A DNA stretch of 64,000 nucleotides from an uncultured virus (IMG/VR IMGVR_UViG_3300027851_000025) (taxonomy: Duplodnaviria > Heunggongvirae > Uroviricota > Caudoviricetes). Of the stretch, positions 19,744 through 29,010 are shown piece after piece. The notes beneath the pieces were generated by a model. It was not told the origin of the DNA and ran no database searches. It saw nothing but the letters and a program-made list of their open reading frames with translations. The DNA lies in the IMG/VR virus record IMGVR_UViG_3300027851_000025, one strand, 5' to 3'. The translations under genes were made by a program, and so were the position numbers. The stretch's first letter is position 1; each line of letters begins with the position of its first letter.

Positions 19744-22478
19744 CAGCTTGATCTCCTCTTATATTTCCGGTTAAGCTGATAATACAACCGATCTGCTTCA
19801 CGATCTGTAGCCCTCACGGTGATCGGCTCAATCTCCCCTTGAATATAGTAGCTCCTGGAAGATTCCCCAGTCCCATGAAAGTTTGATACAGATCCGCCTC
19901 CGGCCAATGCCATAGCAGGAAAGACTGGCGAAACCGGCCCACCAAGTTGTAGTTTCTTGCTGAGATTGGAAACAACCTTTCCCCAGTCGCCACGATTGAA
20001 TGCCGATGCCGTATCCTTTCCGCCGGCTCGAACGGCTTCCTTCCTGAGCATGAACTCACCGGCTTCACCAAGGATTGGGATTCTGTCCCCTCCACCGTAT
20101 CCAGAAAAGAAACGTCCCACAGAGGCTTTGATTGCTTCACCCCCATTCTTCAACTTCTGGATCGGTCCTCCAAACCTTCTACCAACAGAACCGCCCACAC
20201 TATATTCAATATTGCTCGCTGCTTTCTTTACCGCATTGATATCTTCTATCATCTTTCTACGAGCTGCGTCAGATGCTTTTTCGGCTTCAGAAAATACATC
20301 CTTCCAAACGCCTTTGAAACCCTCGCCTTCCTTGGAAACTTCCTTTACATCTCCAACCATCTTAACCGATGCCTGTCCGGAAGATTTCTGTGCCTGAGTA
20401 AACGCAGTGGTATAGGTTTCCCCAATCTTGATAATCTCTTCGTTAACCCCCTGTGTTGCCTCAATAGATCCAACTTCCTTGAGTTTTACCCCAATCTGAT
20501 CAAGGCTCTTACTGGTTGCGGCAAATGTCTCTTCCGCAACCAGTTGCCCATTTATCCAGATCCTTCCCCAACCCTCTTCAACGGCGGGGAATTTGTTCAT
20601 GACAAGATCAGTGGACTTTGCTTCTACCTCAGCAAACATGGCCCCAATCTTTCCGCCGGACTGCTCAACAATTGAGTTTGCTGCCGATACTTCCACCTGC
20701 TTATTGGCACGAAGAGCTTCATCGCGAAGGGCAATCAATCTTTCAACGCCAGCAATAGCTTCTGCAGTAGCCTGAGAGGAGGAGACCATTGTCTGGTCGC
20801 CATTCTTCACTTCCCGGTTCAGATCAACAAACTTATCTTGCGCCTTCTCGGCATAAGTAATGGCATCTTCAAACAGAGTCGCCTGAACCTTGGAATCCTT
20901 TTCAACCTGAGCCGCCTGAAGAGCTTTTATTGCCGCCTGTTCATACTCCTCAGCTTCAGCCTTCATGTCGTTCCAGGCTGAGAAGTCGTCCATATTGGTC
21001 CTGCCAAGATCCCTGAGAAGTTCTTGACCGGACATCTGATTCTGCTTAATCTGATCGTTTATTTCATTGATCCGGTTGGCATGTTCCTCGTACTTCTTCT
21101 GAAGAGTCTTGAGCGATTCTGCCTGATCCTCCGCACTGGCTTTTACCGCATTTGCTGTAGCTGCCCCTGCCCGCATTGCTTCTCTTTCAGCGCTTCTCCA
21201 AGGATCTTCGATTCCTTCTTTGATGGCATCCTTGATCTTGGCATCCATCAAAGTAGATTCAAGACGCTTGATTTCAGCATTGATCGCTTCCGCCTGTCGA
21301 GCAGTCTCAGCTTTGTCCGGAAACAACTGCCAAGGAGCCTTATAATTTCGCAGCTCCTGCAGTCTCCGCTCAATCTTATCAACCTCTGTTAAAATCGCCC
21401 CTGAGCTAAAATCTCGCGTTCCTGCGGCCACATCCAAAAGATTTTGAATACTCTTAGCAAACCCATTATATGCGGAAACCCCTTGCTGTAGACTTCCAGT
21501 CTGGGTCTGCTCCAGGGCGTTGTTGAGTGTCAAGACGCCGGCAGAAGCAATAGCAGCTTGCGGGCCGAATCTGGCAAGGACTCCTCCAATAATTGCCAGC
21601 TGACCAATTCCGGGGGTCTCAAGAATATTCGATAAAGATTGAATCCCCTCAAAAAATGCCAAAGTCTTCTTCAATGCCGAGTCAATCCCTTCGCCCCATT
21701 GCTTGATGGTCTTGTCGTCAAGGCTATCATTGAAGGACTTCAGCTTTTCAGTGATCTTGTCAACCAAGGTTCCAAAAGAAGGTTGAAACAGTCTCCCTAA
21801 GAGTACCTGTGCGTTAGAAACATGGCGATTCAAAGAAGTCCATTTCTTGCCGGCGGCTCCCATTGCCGCTTCATAGGTTCCCTGAATCTTCGCCCCTTCC
21901 TTTACAACAGCTGATACTCTTGCCTGAGTTTTTTCATAATTGGTAAGTTCACCAGAGGTCTTCCCAAGAGTCGCAGCAAGTTCCTGATAAGAATCTTCAA
22001 AGTTGACGTTCAAGCCGATGTTCCGGAGAATTTCCACTTCCCCTGCCCGGATGCCGTTAATCATCCGTTCAAAGGCTTCAGAAGAGTCGATATTCCCAAT
22101 TACAGCGGCATCCTGAGCAATACGGGCGAGATCCGTAGACTTGGAAAGATCAATCTGAGCCTGAGCGAGCTTGGTTAAAGTCTCCCGGGTAGAGGTCATG
22201 GATATACCGGTCTTCTGAACCTGTTTCTCGTACTCAGCCATTTCCTTTGCTGAATACCCGGCATTTTTACCAACATTGTTCATAACTACGCCAAGTGTGT
22301 CATACCTGGCAGTGGCCATTGTAACGGTCTTAATAGCCTGGCCAATAGCGGCGACAGAAGCGATCCCGGCAAAGTATCCAGCGGCATTCTTTGCAAAGGA
22401 GGAAATGTGGGTTTCAGCCTTTGCCAGTCCAGAAGTGTCAGCCTCTATTCTGGTATACAATGCGCCAAGATCGTTCAT
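19743..22478 (-). CDS. tail tape measure protein
   Basis: LGALY..I.ADTS N-terminus, Ala-rich helical 911 aa, D.IP....GEF....AV C-terminal motif. Confidence 0.92.
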   Translation of the reverse strand: MNDLGALYTRIEADTSGLAKAETHISSFAKNAAGYFAGIASVAAIGQAIKTVTMATARYDTLGVVMNNVGKNAGYSAKEMAEYEKQVQKTGISMTSTRETLTKLAQAQIDLSKSTDLARIAQDAAVIGNIDSSEAFERMINGIRAGEVEILRNIGLNVNFEDSYQELAATLGKTSGELTNYEKTQARVSAVVKEGAKIQGTYEAAMGAAGKKWTSLNRHVSNAQVLLGRLFQPSFGTLVDKITEKLKSFNDSLDDKTIKQWGEGIDSALKKTLAFFEGIQSLSNILETPGIGQLAIIGGVLARFGPQAAIASAGVLTLNNALEQTQTGSLQQGVSAYNGFAKSIQNLLDVAAGTRDFSSGAILTEVDKIERRLQELRNYKAPWQLFPDKAETARQAEAINAEIKRLESTLMDAKIKDAIKEGIEDPWRSAEREAMRAGAATANAVKASAEDQAESLKTLQKKYEEHANRINEINDQIKQNQMSGQELLRDLGRTNMDDFSAWNDMKAEAEEYEQAAIKALQAAQVEKDSKVQATLFEDAITYAEKAQDKFVDLNREVKNGDQTMVSSSQATAEAIAGVERLIALRDEALRANKQVEVSAANSIVEQSGGKIGAMFAEVEAKSTDLVMNKFPAVEEGWGRIWINGQLVAEETFAATSKSLDQIGVKLKEVGSIEATQGVNEEIIKIGETYTTAFTQAQKSSGQASVKMVGDVKEVSKEGEGFKGVWKDVFSEAEKASDAARRKMIEDINAVKKAASNIEYSVGGSVGRRFGGPIQKLKNGGEAIKASVGRFFSGYGGGDRIPILGEAGEFMLRKEAVRAGGKDTASAFNRGDWGKVVSNLSKKLQLGGPVSPVFPAMALAGGGSVSNFHGTGESSRSYYIQGEIEPITVRATDREADRLYYQLNRKYKRRSS

Positions 22479-22858
22479 ACTTTCTTCCTCTTTTGACCCC
22501 TGTTACCACTGGTGGCAATAGTCTTCAAAACATTTGCCATATCTTCAACTGACTGCTTTTTAACAATTCGTTTCTTGGGAGGAGTTATGGTGTCCGGGAT
22601 AAAGTCTGAAGGACTCCAACTTTTTCTTCTTCCCCTTTCCTTTACTTCCATCTGGCTAAAGTTTGCTATGGTAGCACACAACAACCCGATCAAATCCGCG
22701 ATGTACCCCGTTCCAAACGGCTCCAACTCTGCATAAGCTATCCACTCCGACAACTGACTTGATGTAAGCTGCTGGAGCAGATAATCTGGATGAACTACTC
22801 CAAGTTGTTGGCAGAGTCTAAACTGGAATCTTCGCTCGGAACGGGCTCGGAGTTTTTT
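22475..22858 (-). CDS. tail assembly chaperone extension (gpGT-like, -1 frameshift)
   Basis: -1 frame from A AAA AAC is open: KLRARSERRFQFRLCQQLGVVHPDYLL..SEWIAYAELEPFG. Confidence 0.85.
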   Translation of the reverse strand, partial: KKLRARSERRFQFRLCQQLGVVHPDYLLQQLTSSQLSEWIAYAELEPFGTGYIADLIGLLCATIANFSQMEVKERGRRKSWSPSDFIPDTITPPKKRIVKKQSVEDMANVLKTIATSGNRGQKRKKV

Positions 22859-23229
22859 GTCATTTCAGCTTTGGACTCCTCCGACATTCCACTGAGCTTC
22901 ATTCCTACATCGGAGATTCTGGCTACCACCTTACCGGACTTATTGGCAAGATCGGGGAGATCCAAATCGGAAAACATCAACTTCCCGTTCTCGTCGATAA
23001 CGGTAGCGATCAGGACCCGAAGCCTCATCCCACCATTACGGTGTTCAGGATAAAGATATTTGCCGTTTTCGTCCTTCATATCCCTCTGAACAATCCACCT
23101 GTCGAAGAGGTCTCGCTGTTCGGCATCCATCTCCTGGACCCAAACATCTCCGCCCCACTCCGGAACCGAAACCAATTCCTTCCTCAATTCCTGCGCCTTG
23201 AAAATATCTTTCTTTCCTAAAACTGCCAT
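22795..23229 (-). CDS. tail assembly chaperone (gpG-like)
   Basis: V.VPEWGG.V.V, DENG..F; between tail tube and tape measure. Confidence 0.88.
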   Translation of the reverse strand: MAVLGKKDIFKAQELRKELVSVPEWGGDVWVQEMDAEQRDLFDRWIVQRDMKDENGKYLYPEHRNGGMRLRVLIATVIDENGKLMFSDLDLPDLANKSGKVVARISDVGMKLSGMSEESKAEMTKNSEPVPSEDSSLDSANNLE

Positions 23230-23272
23230 GGTTGTTCTCCTCTTTGAATCTGGTTGGGTTAAATTTTGACGA

Positions 23273-23695
23273 TTAAGTGGTCAGAGTTACCTGCCCGGAA
23301 ATCTTGATTGTGACAGTGGCGGTGACCTTGTTATCCAAAGGAACCGCCATCCCCAAATCAACTACCAAGCCGGCAAAGTCCAAAGTGGTGTTACCCGTAT
23401 CTGGAAGGACAATCTGATAGTCCACCAGAGTTTCAGTTTCGAAGTCTGTATTCAGATCCTCGTAACCAGCTCGGGTAAAGTTCATCTCCAGCTCCACCGT
23501 TCCAGCATCCCGGAAAGAGGCAATGAACTCACGATACCCGCCCTCAGAATCCAGGGAGGTGACATCGATTGTCTCCCTTGTTTTGTTGGGGCCTGTAATA
23601 CTGTTGACTTCAGCAATCGCTGTAAACGATGCCGAACTATTCATGTCCGAACGTTTGAAAGATGTTCCAACTCCTGAAAACGCATTGCTTGGCAT
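23273..23695 (-). CDS. major tail tube protein
   Basis: IAEV.SITGP..TRETIDVT.LDS.GG.REFI...D.G. Confidence 0.9.
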   Translation of the reverse strand: MPSNAFSGVGTSFKRSDMNSSASFTAIAEVNSITGPNKTRETIDVTSLDSEGGYREFIASFRDAGTVELEMNFTRAGYEDLNTDFETETLVDYQIVLPDTGNTTLDFAGLVVDLGMAVPLDNKVTATVTIKISGQVTLTT

Positions 23696-23707
23696 AATTT
23701 GTTCCTC

Positions 23708-24115
23708 CTATGTCCTTTGAATTTGAAACGTAGCGGAAAACATCGGTCTTCCCTTTGAATCATTGCCTATATGAAAAACATCCCCAAGCATCCACATTTG
23801 AATATACTTGGTGCTGTTGATCGTGAAATTAGAATGCCCTTGAAGTTCATCCACAATTGCTTCTATTATGTCGTATGCTGCCGTATAACCTCCAACCTTT
23901 CCCCTTACCAAAACCTGAATAGTGGGATTCCTTATTCCATTTGGATTTGGCGGGCTCCCAGGGGTATCCAGAAGAACTACCGCTATCCCGGTTGTCTCCG
24001 GAAGAAGACTTACAAACAAATTGCTTCCAAACACCAACTCCGGGATAAAAGAGGAACTGGAATCAGAAGAAAGAGCCTCCAAGTAATCCTTTATGTCTTC
24101 CGCACAAGAGTTCAT
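23708..24115 (-). CDS. tail terminator/completion protein
   Basis: P.IQV.VRG, G.D..GR..FS..F; position. Confidence 0.75.
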   Translation of the reverse strand: MNSCAEDIKDYLEALSSDSSSSFIPELVFGSNLFVSLLPETTGIAVVLLDTPGSPPNPNGIRNPTIQVLVRGKVGGYTAAYDIIEAIVDELQGHSNFTINSTKYIQMWMLGDVFHIGNDSKGRPMFSATFQIQRT

Positions 24116-24579
24116 TTCTTGATCTTCGCCCACTTGATTAAGATTCGAAGGATTCTTTCCTTGTTTTTCAGTAAAGCCTTCTGAAGGAATTTGTTGCTGC
24201 CCTGATTAAAGTTATAATGCGCCGGCATTTCATGCACAAATAGGGCATAGAAAGCTGTATATCCAACTATCCCTTTCAATCTCCACTTGTTCTGATTTAC
24301 AATTGCCTTTCCCTCCCCAATAGCCAAGGAATGATCCGAGGCCATCTTGCCGGCATCTGACCCACCAAAAGAAGGCATCTTGTTGTCGGGTTCATCCCCG
24401 GTCACCAGAATGAAGGCGCTGTTTCTAAGGTTGCCAAGATCAATCGGTGTTCCTTTCACGGAGTCATACTTCACAACCAAAGCGGCCTCTGTAAGTCCTT
24501 CCCTGGTATGAAGTTGAATATTCTCGATCTCTTTATTGAGATTTCGAAGAACATTTGACAACCCTTTCAATTCAGCCAT
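24112..24579 (-). CDS. HK97 gp10-like tail completion protein
   Basis: TPIDLGNLRNS, YA.FVHE, KFL..AL. Confidence 0.8.
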   Translation of the reverse strand: MAELKGLSNVLRNLNKEIENIQLHTREGLTEAALVVKYDSVKGTPIDLGNLRNSAFILVTGDEPDNKMPSFGGSDAGKMASDHSLAIGEGKAIVNQNKWRLKGIVGYTAFYALFVHEMPAHYNFNQGSNKFLQKALLKNKERILRILIKWAKIKK

Positions 24580-24920
24580 GCCTTCCTCAAGAACTGATCC
24601 GCTTTGATTGTCGGAATTTTGGCTACCGACTTAATCGTTAAAGCTCCCATATCATCTGCAGTTGAGGTACTATCCAGATCAGCCAAGCTTCCGAGGTACA
24701 TCCGGCCATTTACTTCAAAATCGGTTTCGGAAAGAATTACCGACCGTGAAAGAAGTTCCTCTATTGACCCGCCTGGACTTCCGGATACAAACTTCTCCTG
24801 CGTATCTGACCACCGAACAACCATCTCTACGGGATCTGCGTAAGTGAATCCACCCCATCCGTCAGGAATAGGAGAACCCCAGTATACAGCCGTTTGATTG
24901 AAAAACTTAGACAGATTCAT
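24567..24920 (-). CDS. head closure protein
   Basis: QT.VYW..DG.G..Y..P; position. Confidence 0.7.
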   Translation of the reverse strand: MNLSKFFNQTAVYWGSPIPDGWGGFTYADPVEMVVRWSDTQEKFVSGSPGGSIEELLSRSVILSETDFEVNGRMYLGSLADLDSTSTADDMGALTIKSVAKIPTIKADQFLRKAWLN

Positions 24921-25287
24921 GATATTCCATCATAGCTATGGATGCGGACCTCTTCATGCCATTCTTAGCCACACTTGCCAGTACACCGGTATGATCCAAC
25001 AGGATTGCTGTCTGTCCGTACAAGGTTCCATTGAGGCCCAGATCAAACCTGCCGGCGTAGTTCAAAGAAATTGTATCTACCTTCTCCGCCGTCACTCTCA
25101 TATCCCGATTGGAAAGGAAGTGAGCAGCCAGATTTCGCTCAATCTCCTTCAAAGTCTCCTCTTCAAAGGAGGCGACCGTCAAGGTGTTTTCCACGAAGAT
25201 ATGAGCGGTATTGATGAAGACGGTAAGAGGAGTCAGACTGGTGTCGATGATCTCTTTGACCTCTTCTTCTGTTACTCTTGCGGTCAT
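24907..25287 (-). CDS. head-tail adaptor
   Basis: IE..LAAHF, T.YGQ.A..LD.TG.L. Confidence 0.75.
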   Translation of the reverse strand: MTARVTEEEVKEIIDTSLTPLTVFINTAHIFVENTLTVASFEEETLKEIERNLAAHFLSNRDMRVTAEKVDTISLNYAGRFDLGLNGTLYGQTAILLDHTGVLASVAKNGMKRSASIAMMEYHESV

Positions 25288-25291
25288 GGCT

Positions 25292-25960
25292 TCAATCCTT
25301 GAACATAGTAGGGTCGATGAAAGCCCGAACCATTGGGCCGTTCCACTTCAAACCAAGAGACTCAACCAACTCCTGGGCGTACTCATAATCCCCTTCAATC
25401 ATCCGAGAAGGCCAGAACTCACGGAGGTTGATACCCGCCATTCTCATTTCCATAAAGCGCCGTTCATGAGCATCGATCCACCCCTGCCAGCCGGCTTTGT
25501 TCTGATAAGCGGTCAAGAACCGGGTCTTAAGGCAACTGTTGATAATATCTTCATGAGCCCTTCTGACTAAAACCCACTTTGCTTCGGGGAAGGCACAATG
25601 CCACAAATACCAGATCATTGCAGACTTTGGACACTTGTAAAACCATTCACCGTCACTGTAACCCTGCCTGATCATTGAGTCTTGGACCTTCTTTCTCCAC
25701 TCCTTTGCCTCGACCTGGGAAACCTCAAATACCTGTCGATTATTTGGAAGCGGTTTCTGTCCTCTGGAATCCGCCCCAATCTTCTCCAGATAAGGCTTTA
25801 CCACATTGGTTCGGAGATCCTTGTTTTCAAACATGCCTTTCTGATTGTTGGGATGGGGGCCAAACATCTCCCCGCCAAAGGCCCCACAGATATTGATCAT
25901 GCCGGCAGTCATGGAGGTCCCGCTTCTGGCGCAACCAACAATTAAAATCGGATCTCTCAT
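25292..25960 (-). CDS. sulfotransferase family protein
   Basis: PILIVGCARSGTS (PAPS loop), N..G.FE, K.P, FP.AK.V...R....I.S. Confidence 0.8.
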   Translation of the reverse strand: MRDPILIVGCARSGTSMTAGMINICGAFGGEMFGPHPNNQKGMFENKDLRTNVVKPYLEKIGADSRGQKPLPNNRQVFEVSQVEAKEWRKKVQDSMIRQGYSDGEWFYKCPKSAMIWYLWHCAFPEAKWVLVRRAHEDIINSCLKTRFLTAYQNKAGWQGWIDAHERRFMEMRMAGINLREFWPSRMIEGDYEYAQELVESLGLKWNGPMVRAFIDPTMFKD

Positions 25961-26595
25961 TTCATTTCCTCCAATAGCGGGTTCCATAAATTGGGCACTT
26001 TAAAAGGTCTTGGTTGACCATGAAAAACAAGCACTGAGCAATCTTCCGGGATTCCGTTGACACAATGTCGCTTGAAAGAGTATACGCCAGGAAAAGCATC
26101 TTGAATCTTCCCGGGATTTACTTTGTACTTTTTCAATTGGACATTGACATAATCCTCATCCCCTCTCAGCCTTCTTTTCACTTCTTCCCATTTAAAATCT
26201 TTATACAATCTGGACCAATCACCATTCCATCCCAAAATTCCAGAGATTGTATTACGTGGATTCTTGAACGCCCGGATCATCCAAAACTCCTTTTCAGAAG
26301 AGGCTTGAATCAACCGAAATAGTCCATCAATATTTCCACGAATCATTGTATCAACCCCAACTGCTACCACCGGTCCCTGGAGCCGATATAACTCAACACA
26401 AGACCACCAACCCGGATAATTCTTTTCCAAAGGGATACAGGTTGCTCCGCTTATCGGCTCTGGATGATCGGTCAAACATATAAACTCATATTCTATTGTA
26501 GAATGCTTCTTGACCTGATAAGCCAAAGCCTCCACATGCTCGGGAAGATAGTCACCGCCAGATCGAAGAACGCATGCAAACTTTGGAACTGTCAT
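25957..26595 (-). CDS. glycosyltransferase (GT-A, GT8-like)
   Basis: CVLRSGG.Y, F.CLTD, GWWS..EL, GD, VFHG.P.P. Confidence 0.75.
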   Translation of the reverse strand: MTVPKFACVLRSGGDYLPEHVEALAYQVKKHSTIEYEFICLTDHPEPISGATCIPLEKNYPGWWSCVELYRLQGPVVAVGVDTMIRGNIDGLFRLIQASSEKEFWMIRAFKNPRNTISGILGWNGDWSRLYKDFKWEEVKRRLRGDEDYVNVQLKKYKVNPGKIQDAFPGVYSFKRHCVNGIPEDCSVLVFHGQPRPFKVPNLWNPLLEEMK

Positions 26596-27236
26596 TTCCA
26601 CATTCTCCGATGAACACAATTCCAAGGTTTATTCCTGCCATGAAACACAATGACCTTGGCATCTTTTGGGATGTATCTTTTACAATCCAGAACATATGAA
26701 TAAATCCCATTTACCTCATCCTGAATCTTTCTACAGCGAACTCCGGCATTATGGAGCTTATCCAAAAGGTAATTTTCATCTCCTCGAAACTTCTCGCTAT
26801 CTTTTTTGAAGTCGAACTCCTCCCACAACCATCTCCAATCCCCGTTCCACACCTGAACCCCATTGATTAGATCACGAGCGGGATCGTACGGGTGAAAGAA
26901 GGAACGAAGCATCCAAAACTCGTAAAAGTCTGCTTGCTCTGCCAGGTCAAAAAGCGGTCCAAGGTCAGAAACAAAGGCCGTATCTAGCCCAACGACTATT
27001 GTAGGTCCACAAAGTTTCCAAAGTTCACAACATGACCACCAACCTGGATAGTTCTTTTCCAGCGGGATAATCTCAATGCCAGTTGATGGAGTTGCTTCCA
27101 TCTTATCAGTCATACAAACAAACCGATAAGGGCGATCAGCATGTCGATCAGTTTGTGCCTTCAGCTGAAGGACATGGGAAGAATTATAAACTCCGCCGGA
27201 TCTCAATACACATCCTATGGTCGGAATTGGATTCAT
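26592..27236 (-). CDS. glycosyltransferase (GT-A, GT8-like), paralog of neighbour
   Basis: CVLRSGG.Y, F.CMTD, PLEKNYPGWWSC, GDE, VFHG..KPW. Confidence 0.75.
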   Translation of the reverse strand: MNPIPTIGCVLRSGGVYNSSHVLQLKAQTDRHADRPYRFVCMTDKMEATPSTGIEIIPLEKNYPGWWSCCELWKLCGPTIVVGLDTAFVSDLGPLFDLAEQADFYEFWMLRSFFHPYDPARDLINGVQVWNGDWRWLWEEFDFKKDSEKFRGDENYLLDKLHNAGVRCRKIQDEVNGIYSYVLDCKRYIPKDAKVIVFHGRNKPWNCVHRRMWK

Positions 27237-27445
27237 TCACCAATCTCCGTAAGTTTCCAATGCTTTGTTATCTCTTCAAGTTTCTGGTCAGAAGACTTCA
27301 CTAATTGTATTGTTTCAATATAAACAGGTTCCCCAACTTCGAGATATATAACTGCTTTGGTTGTATCTTTTGGAAGGTCTATTATTTTCTCAAGTTCTTT
27401 CCAAAAATCTGTAACCGAAACGTAATCTCCCTTTTTCATAGCCAC
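27233..27445 (-). CDS. hypothetical protein
   Basis: 70 aa coupled ORF. Confidence 0.5.
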   Translation of the reverse strand: MAMKKGDYVSVTDFWKELEKIIDLPKDTTKAVIYLEVGEPVYIETIQLVKSSDQKLEEITKHWKLTEIGE

Positions 27446-27933
27446 TCACTCTCCGGAACCATTCCAATTTTACTGGCTCTGCTCTTCCCTTTTATCATCC
27501 CCCATATCTCTCCGGCCGGGATATTCTTGGTAACAAAGGAACCGGCACAAACAAAGGCGTTCTCTCCGATCTCTATTCCAGGGGCCAGTACCGAACCAGA
27601 ACCTATCCTCACCCCTCTTCCAATGACCAACCTTTCAATCTTGGGGATGGTTCGACCATGATTGGCAATGTTTTTCTCATTAGTAGTGATCACACCAGGG
27701 CCAAAGAATACCATATCCCCAATTACAGCCTCAGCAGTAATGTGACACTGAGATTGAATTGTACAGCCCTGGCCAATCACCGTATCCCTTTCAATTACGA
27801 CGTTGTGGCCAATTACCGTATTCGCCCCAATTTTTACGTTTGTCCTGATAACGGAGAAGTGGAAAATCTTGGCAGAAAGATCAATATTACATCCGCCGTC
27901 AATCCAGGTCATGGGGCTTATAAATCCTGACAT
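27436..27933 (-). CDS. hexapeptide-repeat (LbH) sugar acetyltransferase
   Basis: Repeated IG.N..IG; FFGPGV..TN; AGSFVTKNIP. Confidence 0.85.
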   Translation of the reverse strand: MSGFISPMTWIDGGCNIDLSAKIFHFSVIRTNVKIGANTVIGHNVVIERDTVIGQGCTIQSQCHITAEAVIGDMVFFGPGVITTNEKNIANHGRTIPKIERLVIGRGVRIGSGSVLAPGIEIGENAFVCAGSFVTKNIPAGEIWGMIKGKSRASKIGMVPESEWL

Positions 27934-28583
27934 ACATCCTCCACCTTTACCATTGGGAATATTGTCAAAGCCGATCCTTCAGAAGCGTTCAAAATCTCCA
28001 ACCCAAGATTCTTGGCATCCCTGGCAATCTGGGGCCAATGCCGCATGAATCTCCCATACGGATTTGACAAGATTGCATTCCGCTTATCCCACTTTGGTTC
28101 ATAAAAATTGTGCCAATGGGTCTGAGCCTTCTTGTTGTGTTTGTCTTCCGGAAGTTTCATGTCAAACCCGATCAAAACCACCCGCTTTGCCCCTAACCAA
28201 TAAGCCAGATTGATTGCGCTGGCCCCACTATTTCCATTCCAAGATACAAACTTCCTGGACTTGCTTTCAATTCCTCCAGGAATGGATCTGCCTACATAAC
28301 GAACCCTCTGCCGGCGTCTGTCCAGGCTGGTTTCATAAGCACAAGTCACAATCAAGCCGCCATACTCGTTGATTTTTCCATTCTGTAACTCGTACCATCC
28401 TTTATCCCCGAACCAACAAACATCCACCCAAGGTCCGAGGGTATAAGCCTGATTTACGCCGATCACTCTATGTTGATGGATGAGCGACAAATCCACTTTC
28501 AACAGGGAAGGACCACCGCCCAGGATGAAGACGGTAGAACCAGGCCAAAGCCTGGGGATGGCCCAAAATCCCATGTCTTTCAC
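27918..28583 (-). CDS. Maf/DUF115/CstII-like putative CMP-sugar glycosyltransferase
   Basis: VFILGGGPSL, IGVN, NSG..AINLA..LGAKRVVLIGFDM, HW. Confidence 0.65.
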   Translation of the reverse strand: MKDMGFWAIPRLWPGSTVFILGGGPSLLKVDLSLIHQHRVIGVNQAYTLGPWVDVCWFGDKGWYELQNGKINEYGGLIVTCAYETSLDRRRQRVRYVGRSIPGGIESKSRKFVSWNGNSGASAINLAYWLGAKRVVLIGFDMKLPEDKHNKKAQTHWHNFYEPKWDKRNAILSNPYGRFMRHWPQIARDAKNLGLEILNASEGSALTIFPMVKVEDVCQDL

Positions 28584-28957
28584 TTCCCTTCTCCCATCTG
28601 CGAAAGGACATCCATTGCATCCTTATACGACAAGGGCTCGTCGTTCAGCGGCTTGTCGGGATTGTCCGGGTTGATAATATCCCAAAATCCCCCACCGATA
28701 TCGATCAGCTGCGGTCCCTTGGGGGGAATAGAGGCTTTAACCCCTGTTGTTTTCGATTCTTTGCCTTCAAATTTCGCCGTTCGTGAGCGACCCCCTACTA
28801 CCTCAAGCCTCTCATACTTTTCGGCGAAACTGCCTAAAATACTCTCCGGGACCTCAACCGTCTGTCCCGGAGAGATTCTGTACTTCTGGCCGTTCCAGTG
28901 GAAGGAGTGGCTACCGCAGCCCCGTTTCCTTCTCCACCGAATGATTTCTTCTTTCAT
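28580..28957 (-). CDS. hypothetical protein after capsid gene
   Basis: 125 aa, RBS AAGGAG. Confidence 0.55.
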   Translation of the reverse strand: MKEEIIRWRRKRGCGSHSFHWNGQKYRISPGQTVEVPESILGSFAEKYERLEVVGGRSRTAKFEGKESKTTGVKASIPPKGPQLIDIGGGFWDIINPDNPDKPLNDEPLSYKDAMDVLSQMGEGK

Positions 28958-29010
28958 TATTGATCTCCTTTTGGTTGTTCAGAGATTTGAGTTATGGCCA
29001 AAAGCCCTTA

